A stretch of 64,000 nucleotides of DNA from Planctomycetota bacterium (GCA_965223265.1 OZ244999.1:4416001-4480000), one strand, 5' to 3'. Shown: positions 19,487 through 30,164, counted from the stretch's first letter. Numbers and translations are program-made. The notes: generated by a model not told the origin, from the sequence alone.

Positions 19487-22400
19487 TCACGCCGGGAAGT
19501 AGTCCTGAAGACTCCTCACCCCGAAATCTCGCTGCTTCAGGGCGCTGACTCCGCGCACGGCAGCACGTGCCGCCGGAATCGTCGTGATGCACGGAATGTT
19601 CAGTTGGATCGCCAACTCGCGAATCTGCGCTTCGTCAAACTGCCGCCCACGACCGGAAGGTGTGTTGATGATGAGTTTGACGTCCCCCGATCGCATCAGA
19701 TCGAGAATGTTCGGCTCGCCCCGACGAATCTTCTTGATCTCCGTAACGCCGGAGATGCCTGCGGCACTGAGGCGCCGCTTCGTTCCAGGCGTCGCGATCA
19801 CCTCGAAGCCAAGCTGCAAAAGGTCTCGCGCGATCGCAGGCATGTACTTCTTGTCGCGATCGACGACGCTCAAGAAGACCTTCCCGCTCAGTGGCAACCC
19901 TTGCGTCGCCGCCATATGCGCTTTCGCGAAGGCCATACCGAAGTCATCGTCAATCCCCATGACTTCTCCCGTCGACTTCATCTCGGGTCCGAGGATGATG
20001 TCGGTGCCCGGAAAGCGGTTGAACGGGAAAACGGACTTCTTCACAGCGATGTGGTTGACTCGCACCTCGCGGACAAACCCTAAATCAGCGAGGCGACAGC
20101 CGATCATCACCTTCGTCGCCAACTTCGCCAGCGGCACGCCGATCGCCTTCGAGACGAACGGCACCGTGCGCGATGCCCGCGGGTTGGCTTCGAGCACGTA
20201 AACCTTGTCGCCTTTGATTGCGAACTGCACGTTCATCAGCCCGCGCACCTTGAGTCCTTCGGCAAGCAAGCGCGCCACCCGACGAATCTCGCGGAGCACG
20301 CCCTCATTCAGCGAGTAGGGCGGCAGCGTACAGCTCGAGTCGCCGGAGTGCACCCCCGCCTCTTCGATATGCTCCATGATTCCTGCGACCACAGTCTGCT
20401 CTCCGTCGGCGATGCAGTCGACATCAACTTCAATCGCCTCCTCCAGGTATTTGTCGATCAGAATCGGGCTACCTGGATTCACGTCCGCCGCAAACTCGAT
20501 GTACCTTCGCAGCTGCGCATCGTCCCAGACAATCTCCATCGCACGCCCACCGAGTACGAATGATGGTCGGACGAGAACGGGATAGTCGATCTCGTGCGCA
20601 ACGCGCAGAGCGCCTTCGAAATCGGTTGCGGTACCGTTCGCCGGCTGCATCAGGCCAAGGCGCTGGAGAAGATTCTTGAACTGCTCGCGATCCTCGGCGA
20701 GATCGATCGATTCCGGTGACGTCCCGAGAATCGGCACACCGGCTTCCTTCAGCCCGCGCGCCAGATTGAGTGGAGTCTGACCACCGAGCTGTAGAATGAC
20801 GCCTCGTGGTTGCTCACTGTCGTAGATATTGAGAACATTCTCGAGAGTGAGCGGCTCAAAGTAGAGCTTGTCCGACGTGTCGTAGTCAGTTGAGACGGTC
20901 TCGGGGTTCGAGTTGACCATGATCGACCCCCATCCTTCTTCGCTGAGGGCGAAGGCGGCGTGGACGCAGCAGTAGTCGAACTCGATTCCTTGGCCGATGC
21001 GATTCGGCCCGCCTCCGAGGATCATCGCCTTGTTGCCGGAAGCACAGCGATTCTCATCCTCGTACTCGTACGTAGAGTAGTAGTATGGCGTAAACGCCTC
21101 GAATTCGGCCGCGCACGTATCGACCAGTTTGAACGTCGGTCGCACCCCTGCCTGCTTGCGGTGCTCACGCACCTCAGACTCCGTGCTGCCCCAAGCCACG
21201 GCCAATTGACGATCGGCGTAACCAAGTCGTTTGGACTCCTGGAAAACCGAAGCGGGGACATCATCGACCGACTGATAGAGTGTTAGCTGATCCTCATACT
21301 CAACCAGCTCCTGAATGTTGTCTAAGAACCAAATGTCGATCCCCGTGAGATCGCTGACCTCTTCGACGCCGAGGCCACGCTTCAGCGCGTGACGAACGAA
21401 AAAGAGCCGCGAGCTATTCGGCGTCTTCAGGTTGGCTCGAATCTCGTCCAAAGACAGCCGCTCGGAATCATCCTCTTGGCCGCCGAGGCCGAGCCCCGCG
21501 GCCTTCGCCTCGAGCGAGCGGATCGCCTTCTGCAGCGATTCCTTGAACGTGCGTCCGATCGACATGACTTCGCCTACCGATTTCATACTCGTCGTCAGCG
21601 TCGGGTCGGAATCTGGAAACTTGGCGAAGTCGAATCGCGGAATCTTGACAACGCAGTAGTCGATCGACGGCTCAAAGCAGGCGGGTGTCTTTTTGGTGAT
21701 GTCGTTGGGAATCTCGTCGAGCGTGTAGCCGACCGCAAGACGCGTCGCAATCTTAGCGATGGCGAAACCCGTTGCTTTTGATGCCAGAGCTGAGCTGCGG
21801 GAGACGCGAGGATTCATCTCGATGACAATCATCCGTCCGGTGCGTGGATCGGTCGCGAATTGAATGTTCGCTCCGCCTGTTTCGACTCCTATCCGACGAA
21901 TGATCGCCAGCGCGGCGTTGCGCATCGTCTGATACTCTTTGTCAGTCAGAGTCTGCGCGGGAGCGACGGTAATACTATCGCCCGTGTGAACGCCCATAGC
22001 GTCAAAGTTTTCGATCGAGCAGACGATCACGACGTTGTCGTTACGATCGCGCATCACCTCGAGCTCGAACTCCTTCCAGCCCTCGACGGACTCCTCGACG
22101 AGGATTTCCGACGTCGGGCTGGCGAGAAACCCAGCGCGGCAAATCTGGCGGAATTGGTCAGCGTCATACGCCATTCCGCCGCCGGTGCCTCCGAGCGTGA
22201 AGCTGGGGCGAATCACCATCGGCAGTCCGATGTCGCCGAGTGCGGCCTCCGCCTCGTCCATGTTCCGGAGGACCGCGCTACGCGGCACTTCCAGGCCACA
22301 GTCCGCGACCGCATCTTTGAACAGCTGTCGATCTTCGGCGCACTGAATCACGTCATAGCTCGCGCCCAAGAGCTCGACACCGTACTTGTCGAGCACTCCC

Positions 22401-22714
22401 GCTTCCCACAACTCAGCTGCGAGGTTCAGCCCGGTTTGGCCCCCGAGTGTCGGCAGGAGAGCATCCGGTCTTTCCCGGTCGATGATCTTGCTGACGGCAG
22501 CAAGAGTCAATGGCTCGACATAGGTGCGGTCACTGAACTCCGGGTCCGTCATGATCGTTGCCGGGTTCGAGTTGACCAAGACGACGCAGTAGCCTTCTTT
22601 CCTCAACTCCTTGCATGCTTGAGTCCCGGAGTAGTCGAACTCGCAAGCCTGGCCGATGATGATCGGCCCCGAACCGATCAGGAGAATCTTCTCTATGTCG
22701 TCGCGTCGCGGCAT
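19487..22714 (-). CDS. carB: Carbamoyl-phosphate synthase large subunit
   Basis: [30 protein letters not shown] start; duplicated ATP-grasp halves (GVHTGDS / GVHSGDS); C-terminal MGS domain; 1075 aa. Confidence 0.98.
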   Translation of the reverse strand: MPRRDDIEKILLIGSGPIIIGQACEFDYSGTQACKELRKEGYCVVLVNSNPATIMTDPEFSDRTYVEPLTLAAVSKIIDRERPDALLPTLGGQTGLNLAAELWEAGVLDKYGVELLGASYDVIQCAEDRQLFKDAVADCGLEVPRSAVLRNMDEAEAALGDIGLPMVIRPSFTLGGTGGGMAYDADQFRQICRAGFLASPTSEILVEESVEGWKEFELEVMRDRNDNVVIVCSIENFDAMGVHTGDSITVAPAQTLTDKEYQTMRNAALAIIRRIGVETGGANIQFATDPRTGRMIVIEMNPRVSRSSALASKATGFAIAKIATRLAVGYTLDEIPNDITKKTPACFEPSIDYCVVKIPRFDFAKFPDSDPTLTTSMKSVGEVMSIGRTFKESLQKAIRSLEAKAAGLGLGGQEDDSERLSLDEIRANLKTPNSSRLFFVRHALKRGLGVEEVSDLTGIDIWFLDNIQELVEYEDQLTLYQSVDDVPASVFQESKRLGYADRQLAVAWGSTESEVREHRKQAGVRPTFKLVDTCAAEFEAFTPYYYSTYEYEDENRCASGNKAMILGGGPNRIGQGIEFDYCCVHAAFALSEEGWGSIMVNSNPETVSTDYDTSDKLYFEPLTLENVLNIYDSEQPRGVILQLGGQTPLNLARGLKEAGVPILGTSPESIDLAEDREQFKNLLQRLGLMQPANGTATDFEGALRVAHEIDYPVLVRPSFVLGGRAMEIVWDDAQLRRYIEFAADVNPGSPILIDKYLEEAIEVDVDCIADGEQTVVAGIMEHIEEAGVHSGDSSCTLPPYSLNEGVLREIRRVARLLAEGLKVRGLMNVQFAIKGDKVYVLEANPRASRTVPFVSKAIGVPLAKLATKVMIGCRLADLGFVREVRVNHIAVKKSVFPFNRFPGTDIILGPEMKSTGEVMGIDDDFGMAFAKAHMAATQGLPLSGKVFLSVVDRDKKYMPAIARDLLQLGFEVIATPGTKRRLSAAGISGVTEIKKIRRGEPNILDLMRSGDVKLIINTPSGRGRQFDEAQIRELAIQLNIPCITTIPAARAAVRGVSALKQRDFGVRSLQDYFPA

Positions 22715-23346
22715 AATGTCTCGTTTGTAATCCTACCCGGCAACCTCATCCAATCTGTTCACCGCCGCAGCGACAGCGGTCGACGCGGGCAACGCTGGCC
22801 CGAGGTCTCTCGCCCGATCAACACGCTGAGCTCGGAGTTCTTAGTAGATCAAGGCCGGCAAGCTCTGCTGACCTCCCGAGGAGGTCGACCGCATCCATAT
22901 CCATTCCCGTTGGCGGCTTTGCGAGCGGACTTTCCGACACCGCCGTCGCGACCGATCGGCGCAGTCGTGCGCAACGACCGCGGATCTGCCGCGGCGCTGG
23001 TCGGACAGTGACCGAGCTCCCAAAGACCACTTCGATCTTAGGAAAAACGGCTGCGCCCGGACAGTCACCACCACGATCTCGAGTGCAAAATTTCGGGAAG
23101 TTAGCACACAACGCACGCGGTTGCAACTTCTTGCGCGAGTCTGGCTGCACCGATAAGCTCTCGAGTGGCTCGCCGCGACGTTTCTGGCTGCTCCGCGCTG
23201 CCCACGGGCCTGTTAGGCAGGGACGCCGAGGCCCTCTGCTCCCCACTCACCTGGTTGTGTGTTAGGGTGTCGCGACGCACGACCTGGAGAAGAAGAGCGG
23301 GGCCGCTTGATCCGCTCCCGTCGCCGGCCGCACCAAGGAGAACCTT

Positions 23347-24459
23347 GTGAGCTATTCCGAAGTCAAAGCTCGGCTTGGCGAATTCCTCAATCGGATCGAC
23401 GACATTCGCCACACGGTCGATGTCGACGCCAATCTGAAGCGCATCGAAGAGCTCGAAGCGAAGATGGCGGCTCCTGGATTCTGGGACAACAACGAGTCGG
23501 CGCAGGAAACGATAGCGCTCGTCAAACGGCTCAAGAGCGACACCGACCCGGTCGTCGAGCTGACGGAGCGCCTGATCGAACAGCGCGAGCTCGCCGAACT
23601 CGGCGAAGCAGAGGACGACTCCGACACTCTCGCCGACCTGACATCCGAGCTCGAGTCGGTCGGGACCGCCCTCGAGGAACTCGAGCTGAAGGCGACGCTC
23701 AACGAGCCACATGACGGCAACGACGCGTTCATTTCGGTTCACGCTGGTGCCGGCGGCACGGAGTCGTGCGATTGGGCCTCTATGTTGGCGCGTCAATACG
23801 TACGTTTCTGCGAAAAGCAAGGGTTTGCAATCGACGAGATCGACCGCCTGGCTGGCGAGGAAGCGGGAATCCGCAGCGCCATGTACTCCGTCAAGGGGCC
23901 GTACGCGTATGGACTCCTGAAGGCAGAAGTGGGCGTCCACCGACTCGTCCGCATCTCCCCATTCGACGCCAAAGGACGGCGGCATACCTCGTTCGCCGCC
24001 GTCGACGTCATGCCAGACCTTCCTGAAACTTCTAAGGAGGTCGAAGTCAACCCGGCAGACCTGCGCGTTGATACCTACCGTGCCGGCGGCGCCGGGGGCC
24101 AACACGTCAACAAGACCGATTCCGCCGTGCGCATCACTCACCTGCCGACCGGAATCGTCGTGCAATGCCAGAACGAGCGCTCGCAGCACTCCAATCGTGC
24201 CACCGCGATGAAGATGCTCAAAGCACGCCTCATTTTAGAGGAAGAGAAAAAGCGAGACGCGGAGTTAGCGAAGCTCTACGGCGAGAAAGGTGAGATCGCC
24301 TTCGGGGCCCAGATTCGATCCTACACGCTGCAGCCGTTCACGCTCGTCAAGGACCATCGCACGCAGCACGAGTGCGGCAATGCCAACGCTGTGCTCGACG
24401 GCGAGATCCTGGCGTTTATCGATGCGTACTTGAGACATCGCCGCCGGAAATCGAACTGA
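23347..24459 (+). CDS. prfB: Peptide chain release factor 2, uninterrupted reading frame
   Basis: RISPFD (SPF motif) and GGAGGQHVN (GGQ motif); AAGGAG SD before the GTG start; no CTT-TGA frameshift site. Confidence 0.96.
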   Translation: MSYSEVKARLGEFLNRIDDIRHTVDVDANLKRIEELEAKMAAPGFWDNNESAQETIALVKRLKSDTDPVVELTERLIEQRELAELGEAEDDSDTLADLTSELESVGTALEELELKATLNEPHDGNDAFISVHAGAGGTESCDWASMLARQYVRFCEKQGFAIDEIDRLAGEEAGIRSAMYSVKGPYAYGLLKAEVGVHRLVRISPFDAKGRRHTSFAAVDVMPDLPETSKEVEVNPADLRVDTYRAGGAGGQHVNKTDSAVRITHLPTGIVVQCQNERSQHSNRATAMKMLKARLILEEEKKRDAELAKLYGEKGEIAFGAQIRSYTLQPFTLVKDHRTQHECGNANAVLDGEILAFIDAYLRHRRRKSN

Positions 24460-24510
24460 CGCGTATCGATCCGGCGAAACCTGGCCAAAAAACCGACGCG
24501 ACCTTCTGTC

Positions 24511-25452
24511 ATGACTGCTCTCCGCCCAGCCAACGTGAAGCCGTTCGCCCAACGTCTTGAAGAAGCGATCGATGCCAAAGGAAGCTGTCTCGTTGTCGGC
24601 CTCGACCCAATCCTCGAGCGCCTGCCGCCAGATAGCCTCGCAGCGATCGGGCACCGAGCCTCGGGCTCTGAGGGAGAAACCGCGCGCGCCGCGGCGTCCT
24701 TCGGGCTCTTTTGCCGCGTGGTGATCGAACAGGTCGCCGACGTCGCCGTCGCCGTCAAGCCGAACATTGCCTTCTTCGAGCGCTACGGCGCCGCAGGGCT
24801 CGACGTCTTGCGGTCGATCTCGAAGGAAGCGCAGGACGCTGGTCTACTCGTCATCCTCGATGCCAAGAGAGGCGATATCGGCCACACGGCCGAGGCGTAC
24901 GCCGAAGCCCTGCTCGGCACCACGAACGACACGCTCGGGCCCCACGTCGACGCGTTGACCCTGAATCCGTATCTCGGGCGAGATTCCATCACGCCGTTCG
25001 TCGATCGAGCGCAAGCGCTGGGTCGCGGACTGTTCCTGCTCGTGCGAACTTCCAATCGATCCGCAGCGGACTTCCAGGAGCTCGAAGTCGCCGGCGCGCC
25101 GCTGTACGTCGAAGTCGCGCGCCAGGTTGCTGCTTGGGCGACCGAGTGCCGAGAGAAAGACGGCTGGAGCTGCATCGGCGCCGTGGTCGGCGCCACGTCG
25201 CCCGAAGCCGCGGCACAGATACGGGAGATCCTTACCGCCAGCTATTTCTTAGTGCCTGGGGTCGGAGCACAGGGAGGCGATCCAAAGGATCTCGCGCCAT
25301 ATTTCGTCGCCGGAGGCCACGGCGCGATCATCAATGCGTCGCGTTCGATCATCTTCGCGTACGAAAGTCGACCAGGGCCATGGCCTGACGCAATTCGCGC
25401 CGCGGCACAGGAGACACGCGACACACTGGAGATGGTGCGCACGGGCCGCTGA
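24511..25452 (+). CDS. pyrF: Orotidine-5'-phosphate decarboxylase (subfamily 2)
   Basis: Motifs VGLDP, KPNIAFFE, DAKRGDIG.T, VGAT and LVPGVGAQGG. Confidence 0.95.
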   Translation: MTALRPANVKPFAQRLEEAIDAKGSCLVVGLDPILERLPPDSLAAIGHRASGSEGETARAAASFGLFCRVVIEQVADVAVAVKPNIAFFERYGAAGLDVLRSISKEAQDAGLLVILDAKRGDIGHTAEAYAEALLGTTNDTLGPHVDALTLNPYLGRDSITPFVDRAQALGRGLFLLVRTSNRSAADFQELEVAGAPLYVEVARQVAAWATECREKDGWSCIGAVVGATSPEAAAQIREILTASYFLVPGVGAQGGDPKDLAPYFVAGGHGAIINASRSIIFAYESRPGPWPDAIRAAAQETRDTLEMVRTGR

Positions 25453-25579
25453 CGCGCTGCACCCGTCCGGGACCATAGCGGACCATGGTGTCAGTACACC
25501 CCGGCGACTCGATGCGATCCCGATGATCGCCATGCCAGTGTAGCCCCGAGTGAGGCCGTCGACTCACCGGTCGGTCGGA

Positions 25580-26539
25580 TCACGGCACAGCGCTGGAAGG
25601 CGACTCGGCGACATCGGCAGCACCACCGGTACCTTTGCCGCTTCGCGACGACGCACTGAGCATGGCGCGACGCTTGGCGCGAATCGCTCGCTGTATACGG
25701 CGCATCCGCTCTCGGGAATGGGCGCCCTCGGCAGTGCCGTTGCCGTTCTTGATGCCGCCGTTCTTACTGCCCCCGTTGGCGCTCGTGGCGTCGTGGGCGG
25801 TCGCCAGCTGCGATCTGTAGCAGGCATCGGCGCGATCGAACGCCGCCGCCGCTTGCACAAAGAAACCTGAGTTGTAGAAGCTGCAGCCGACCTCGTAGTA
25901 GCCCTCGTACGCGCCCAAGTCGTACATCAAGTCGTAAAAGGTCTCGATGCCGTTCTCGTAGGCCAACGCCACGAAGTCATTCCTGTGAATGTAGAGAGAA
26001 CGAATGAAGAGTTGGATGCGCGAGAAGCTTGCGAGGTGCTCCTCAAGGCGCAGCCGCGCCCGACCGAACAAATAACGAATGTGCTGCAGCTTGTGGGGAA
26101 AGAGCGTGTGAGCTTCATCGAGGATGTGTCGCAGCTCGACTTCCGCGTCGTCGCGCTCATAGAGCGGCGCGTACGTGATGACGTTGTAGTGCTCTTCCTT
26201 GAGAATCGAGATCTCGTGAAAGATGTCGGCGACGTACCGGTCCAGGAGATCGGTCTGATCTTGACCTCGAAAGACGAGGTGGCACAAATCCTTGAGCTCG
26301 TGGATATATCCGTTCCGAAGGCGCTCAAGGCCCTTGAGGTCGAGCAGGCTCGCCAGCTCCTGTGACTTGAGCCGCAGGTCGGCGCGCGGGATCCCCAAAA
26401 GCTCTGAGTAGCTCGAGACCTTGTTCTCGTAGCGCTCGAACTGCTCCATGAAGGCGGAGTGCGAGCGGTAGAAAAGCTCGACGATCGTCCAGATCCTCTG
26501 ACCGAGCTCCTGCTCGACCGGCGAGAACCGATGCATCAT
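25580..26539 (-). CDS. Hypothetical all-helical protein (319 aa) with a TPR-like C-terminal part
   Basis: Strong GGAGGT SD upstream of the ATG; coding-like codon usage; no motif I can assign. Confidence 0.75.
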   Translation of the reverse strand: MMHRFSPVEQELGQRIWTIVELFYRSHSAFMEQFERYENKVSSYSELLGIPRADLRLKSQELASLLDLKGLERLRNGYIHELKDLCHLVFRGQDQTDLLDRYVADIFHEISILKEEHYNVITYAPLYERDDAEVELRHILDEAHTLFPHKLQHIRYLFGRARLRLEEHLASFSRIQLFIRSLYIHRNDFVALAYENGIETFYDLMYDLGAYEGYYEVGCSFYNSGFFVQAAAAFDRADACYRSQLATAHDATSANGGSKNGGIKNGNGTAEGAHSRERMRRIQRAIRAKRRAMLSASSRSGKGTGGAADVAESPSSAVP

Positions 26540-26668
26540 GTGTACTACCTCCCCGTGCTCCGGACGGCACCCAGCCCACTAGAACCGGCAGTCGAAGCCG
26601 CGTCAATGTCCTGCGACCGGGAAATTCGCGTGCCAAGGGCAAAGTGGGGCGAACGGGTGAGCGCGCCG

Positions 26669-26697
26669 TCGACGAGCCCGGCCTTAACCCGTAAACT
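26669..26697 (+). promoter_or_regulatory. Putative sigma70 promoter for the scaffoldin-like gene
   Basis: TCGACG-N17-TAAACT; this would imply a leader of about 285 nt before ATG 26988. Confidence 0.4.
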
Positions 26698-26987
26698 GGA
26701 TCTTTTCCCTATCCCAGCTCTCCCGCCCTCAAGTGCCCAATACCCCTGCGGCCTACACCCAGGGTATCGGCTTTCAGGATCGGGGGGATTTTGGGTGCGA
26801 ACGGCTGTTTCCACCTGTTCCAGCAACCCAGGAGCCCCCAAGCGGGGTGTCAACAAGTTAGGCACCCCTCGAGCCGGGACCCCTCTCCTAAACTCCCTTG
26901 CCCCCCAAGAGGAACGCACCCGCCCGGTCGACGCTCTCGCATGGCCGTGGTCGGCTCGCATCTCTCAGATCTCAGGAGTCAATCTGT

Positions 26988-29900
26988 ATGCGAAGTCCAC
27001 GAGAGACCGTCTCTCTTCTCCACGTCAGCCGCGCCTCGCTTTGGATCGCAACGTTCGCTCTGGCGGCGGCAGTCGGCTGCAATGATTCGTCAAGCAGCGG
27101 CGGTGGCGGAGGGAGCGGTATGCCTCCCGGAACTCCTGGCACGGCGACGGTCTCCGTAGTTTCGGTGACACCGTCGGACGGCGCCAACGACGTGGCGACG
27201 AGCGCGGCGGTTCAGATCGAGTTTTCCGCCGACGTCGACGCGGCGACAGTGACCGCAGCGAACTTTCAAGTTTCGGGCTCGGTGACCGGCCTCGTCGCGG
27301 GCGCATACGCCTACGACGGAACGAACTTCGTAGCCACCTTCACACCGGACGAAGAGTTCGCGTTTGGAGAGACGATCGCGGTGGACTTGACCACCGACAT
27401 CAAAGCTGCCGACGGCGGCGCGTTCGACGGTTTCATGTCTAGCTTCACGATCGAGGCAAGCCCACCTCTGCCGGCGAATCTCGTCACCATCGAGTCAGCT
27501 TCTCCAGAGCGCGCAGCGCAGGGTGTCGACGCGAATGCTGAGGTGAATGTTCTGCTGAGCGACAGCGTTGTCCCCAGCTCCGTCAACGTCGCAACCGCGT
27601 GGCTAAACAGTAGCCTCACGGGACGCGTCGCGGCCCAGCTCGTGCTCATGGACTCGAGTCGCCGCATTCGAATGTTTCCGTCTCGGCCGTTTCGCGCCGG
27701 AGAAGTCATTACGGTACACCTTTCGGCTCTTATCGAGCCAGCCGACGCGGCTCAAGTGTTCGTCGGTGAGTCGTTTCGCTTTCGCGTCGCCTCAGCAGCT
27801 ACGGATCTGACGAATGCGCGCCGATCAGTGACGAGCGCGGTCACAACCATCAAGGAACTGCTCAGCGGCGACTTCAACCTCGACGACCACCTCGACCTCG
27901 CCTACCTGACCGACGGTGGCAGAGAGATCCACTTTCTTCTCGGCGACGGTAGTGGAGATTTCCCCGGCCGCGCTCGCGTCGGTTTCCCAATGGAGCTCCT
28001 CAGCATCGCAACAGGCGACCTTGACGTCGACGGCGATGTAGACTTCATTGTCGGCACTCTGACGGGCGTGGCGACAGCCACGAACCTCGCAGCGCAGCAG
28101 AACGTGGCGGGCGACGAAGTCCGTTTCACGCCTTCCTCGGAAGTGATCCTCGGTAGCGCGGTGCGCGGTATTGTCGCGGGCGACATCGACTTTCTGGGCG
28201 ATCTCGATTACGTACTCGACACCGACGCTGGGCTCGAAGTTCGCTTGGGCTCGCTCGCCTCGAATTCCGTTCAGGTTTTGGGCGCCAGCCGCCAGGCGGC
28301 GTCGCCACTGCGCCTTGACGACCTCAACCTCGACGGTCAAGTCGACCTGGTTTACGGCGCCGCGACCGGGACGCGCCTCGCTTACCGCCTCGGTCGGTTG
28401 CCAGACGTCAACGGCGGTCAGGGTGGCAACGACGCGACGAATCCATTCGGTCCGGAACGCTCAGTCGAAATAGGCCATGGTGTTGAAGATCTGCTCGTCG
28501 AAAACCTGGACTCAAATGCAACGCCGGAAATCCTGGTACTCACGACTGCCGGTGCAACACTCGAAGGCGGCGCACTCCGAATCCTCACGCGCAACGAAGT
28601 GGGCGGGTATGAAGTGGAGGAGCTTGTCGGTCCAGCGCCGGAGGCAGGCGGCGACGGCGACGGCCAAGGCGCCAGCCTCGACACTGGGCGCTTGGCGCTC
28701 GCCGACTTTGAGGGGGATGCGGCGCTGGATCCGATCGTCTCGAGTGCTCTGAACGAGCGCGTCGTTTGGATCCCGCATCAAAGCGGCGCGCCCCTACTCC
28801 AGCAGGGCGAAGAGCTTCTCCGTGCACCCGTCGCGCTCTCCGTCATCGCCGGCGACTTCACGGCGAACGGCGCTACAGAAATCTACGCCGCAGCTTTGAA
28901 CGAGGTTCACGGACTGATCGTCCGCGATGACGTGCCGCCGCCGGCAGATACCTTTCATCTCCGCGTCGTCGGTTCCGAAGCTCGCCGGGGTCAAGCGAGT
29001 GCCGCGGCGCTGCTACGGGCAACGAGCTCATCGCCTATGGATGGATACTCGCTCATCGTCGGCTACGATCCGGCGGTGCTCTCACCGCAGAGCGCAAGTT
29101 TCGTCGGCACGGAAACCGAATCAGCGGCAGCAGACTTCACCCGGTTTCAATTGCGGGCTGGCGACAGCGCTGTGACCGTCGAAGCGGTGGTCGACGTCTC
29201 CGCGGCGGTCCGCACCATTCCCCCCATCAACGATGCTGCCCTCTGTCGACTTCTCTTCACTGTCCAACCGGATGCGGCGCTCGGCGACTCCTCCCTGACG
29301 CTCGTGGACACGCTAGCAAGCGTACCTGCGATCTCAACGCGCTTCGTCGTGGGGAGTGATACGATCACTCCGACATTGGAAGACGGCGAGCTCACGATCG
29401 TCTCCGGCGACGAGCCAAACGGTGGTGAGAACCCGAACAAGATGCGCGCCGGCGACGCCGCGATCGCCGCGGGCACCTCGGGGCTCGTGCCAATCTTTGG
29501 CACGGCGGAGGAAAACGTCGACGCGTTCACGACGATTCTCGGCTTCGATCCCGACTTCCTCGACTTCGAAGACGTCGATCTGACCGGGTCCGCGACTGAA
29601 CCGCTCAACCCTGAGTTCACGTTCCTCCGACGCGCGCCAGAAGGTGATCACTTCACGTACACCGTCATCTTTGACTTTAACCCGCCGTTCGACCGCCAAG
29701 CGATTCCGGCCGGCGACGACTTTCTCCTTTTTAGCGCTCGCTTTGCAGTCAAACGCAGCACACCAACCGGTGCCTACCCGGTAATGTTCCTCGACGGCGT
29801 CGGCGATCCCGCGCTTTTCAACATCTTTGCGTTCGGCGGTCAATCCATTCTGGTCGACACGCAAAACGGAGTGATCGAGGTGGAAGGCACTGGAGAGACA

Positions 29901-30164
29901 TTCTTCATCCGTGGTGACGCCAACGTCGACGGCGTGGTCGACCTGGACGACTCCGGGGTGATCAACGCTTTCGTCTTCGGGGAATCGGACTCGGTTCCTT
30001 GCCGTGACGCCGTGGACGTCAACGACGACGGAGAACTCTCGGTCAGTGACGCAACATTCTTCCTGCGTTTCTTTCTGCAAGGCGACGTCGAGCCACCGGC
30101 GCCGTTCCCCGATCCAGGCATGGATCCGACGGAAGACTCGCTCGACTGCGAACAAGGAATCTAA
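26988..30164 (+). CDS. Lipoprotein: 2x Ig-like (Big_5), FG-GAP/VCBS repeats, 2 cohesin-like domains and a C-terminal dockerin-like domain
   Basis: AGGAG SD before ATG 26988; lipobox AVGC followed by a Ser/Gly linker; FG-GAP-type motifs GDFNLDDHLDL, GDLDVDGDVDF and DLNLDGQVDL; cohesin-like GYDPAVL...GELTIV and GFDPDFL...GVIEV; two Ca-loop motifs GDANVDGVVDLDD and DVNDDGELSVSD. Confidence 0.8.
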   Translation: MRSPRETVSLLHVSRASLWIATFALAAAVGCNDSSSSGGGGGSGMPPGTPGTATVSVVSVTPSDGANDVATSAAVQIEFSADVDAATVTAANFQVSGSVTGLVAGAYAYDGTNFVATFTPDEEFAFGETIAVDLTTDIKAADGGAFDGFMSSFTIEASPPLPANLVTIESASPERAAQGVDANAEVNVLLSDSVVPSSVNVATAWLNSSLTGRVAAQLVLMDSSRRIRMFPSRPFRAGEVITVHLSALIEPADAAQVFVGESFRFRVASAATDLTNARRSVTSAVTTIKELLSGDFNLDDHLDLAYLTDGGREIHFLLGDGSGDFPGRARVGFPMELLSIATGDLDVDGDVDFIVGTLTGVATATNLAAQQNVAGDEVRFTPSSEVILGSAVRGIVAGDIDFLGDLDYVLDTDAGLEVRLGSLASNSVQVLGASRQAASPLRLDDLNLDGQVDLVYGAATGTRLAYRLGRLPDVNGGQGGNDATNPFGPERSVEIGHGVEDLLVENLDSNATPEILVLTTAGATLEGGALRILTRNEVGGYEVEELVGPAPEAGGDGDGQGASLDTGRLALADFEGDAALDPIVSSALNERVVWIPHQSGAPLLQQGEELLRAPVALSVIAGDFTANGATEIYAAALNEVHGLIVRDDVPPPADTFHLRVVGSEARRGQASAAALLRATSSSPMDGYSLIVGYDPAVLSPQSASFVGTETESAAADFTRFQLRAGDSAVTVEAVVDVSAAVRTIPPINDAALCRLLFTVQPDAALGDSSLTLVDTLASVPAISTRFVVGSDTITPTLEDGELTIVSGDEPNGGENPNKMRAGDAAIAAGTSGLVPIFGTAEENVDAFTTILGFDPDFLDFEDVDLTGSATEPLNPEFTFLRRAPEGDHFTYTVIFDFNPPFDRQAIPAGDDFLLFSARFAVKRSTPTGAYPVMFLDGVGDPALFNIFAFGGQSILVDTQNGVIEVEGTGETFFIRGDANVDGVVDLDDSGVINAFVFGESDSVPCRDAVDVNDDGELSVSDATFFLRFFLQGDVEPPAPFPDPGMDPTEDSLDCEQGI

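Noticed and set aside
22715-23346. PyrR attenuator or hidden gene in the carB-prfB divergent gap
   Set aside because: No PyrR-binding consensus or terminator/U-tract is visible. The ORFs there lack SD and motifs, and only short generic hairpins are present.
26621-26636. Sigma54 promoter on the minus strand (TTGGCACGCGAATTTC) for the 319-aa hypothetical gene
   Set aside because: The -24 element is good, but -12 reads TTTC instead of TTGC. The near-match TGGCACGGATTTAG at 7142 fails the same way.
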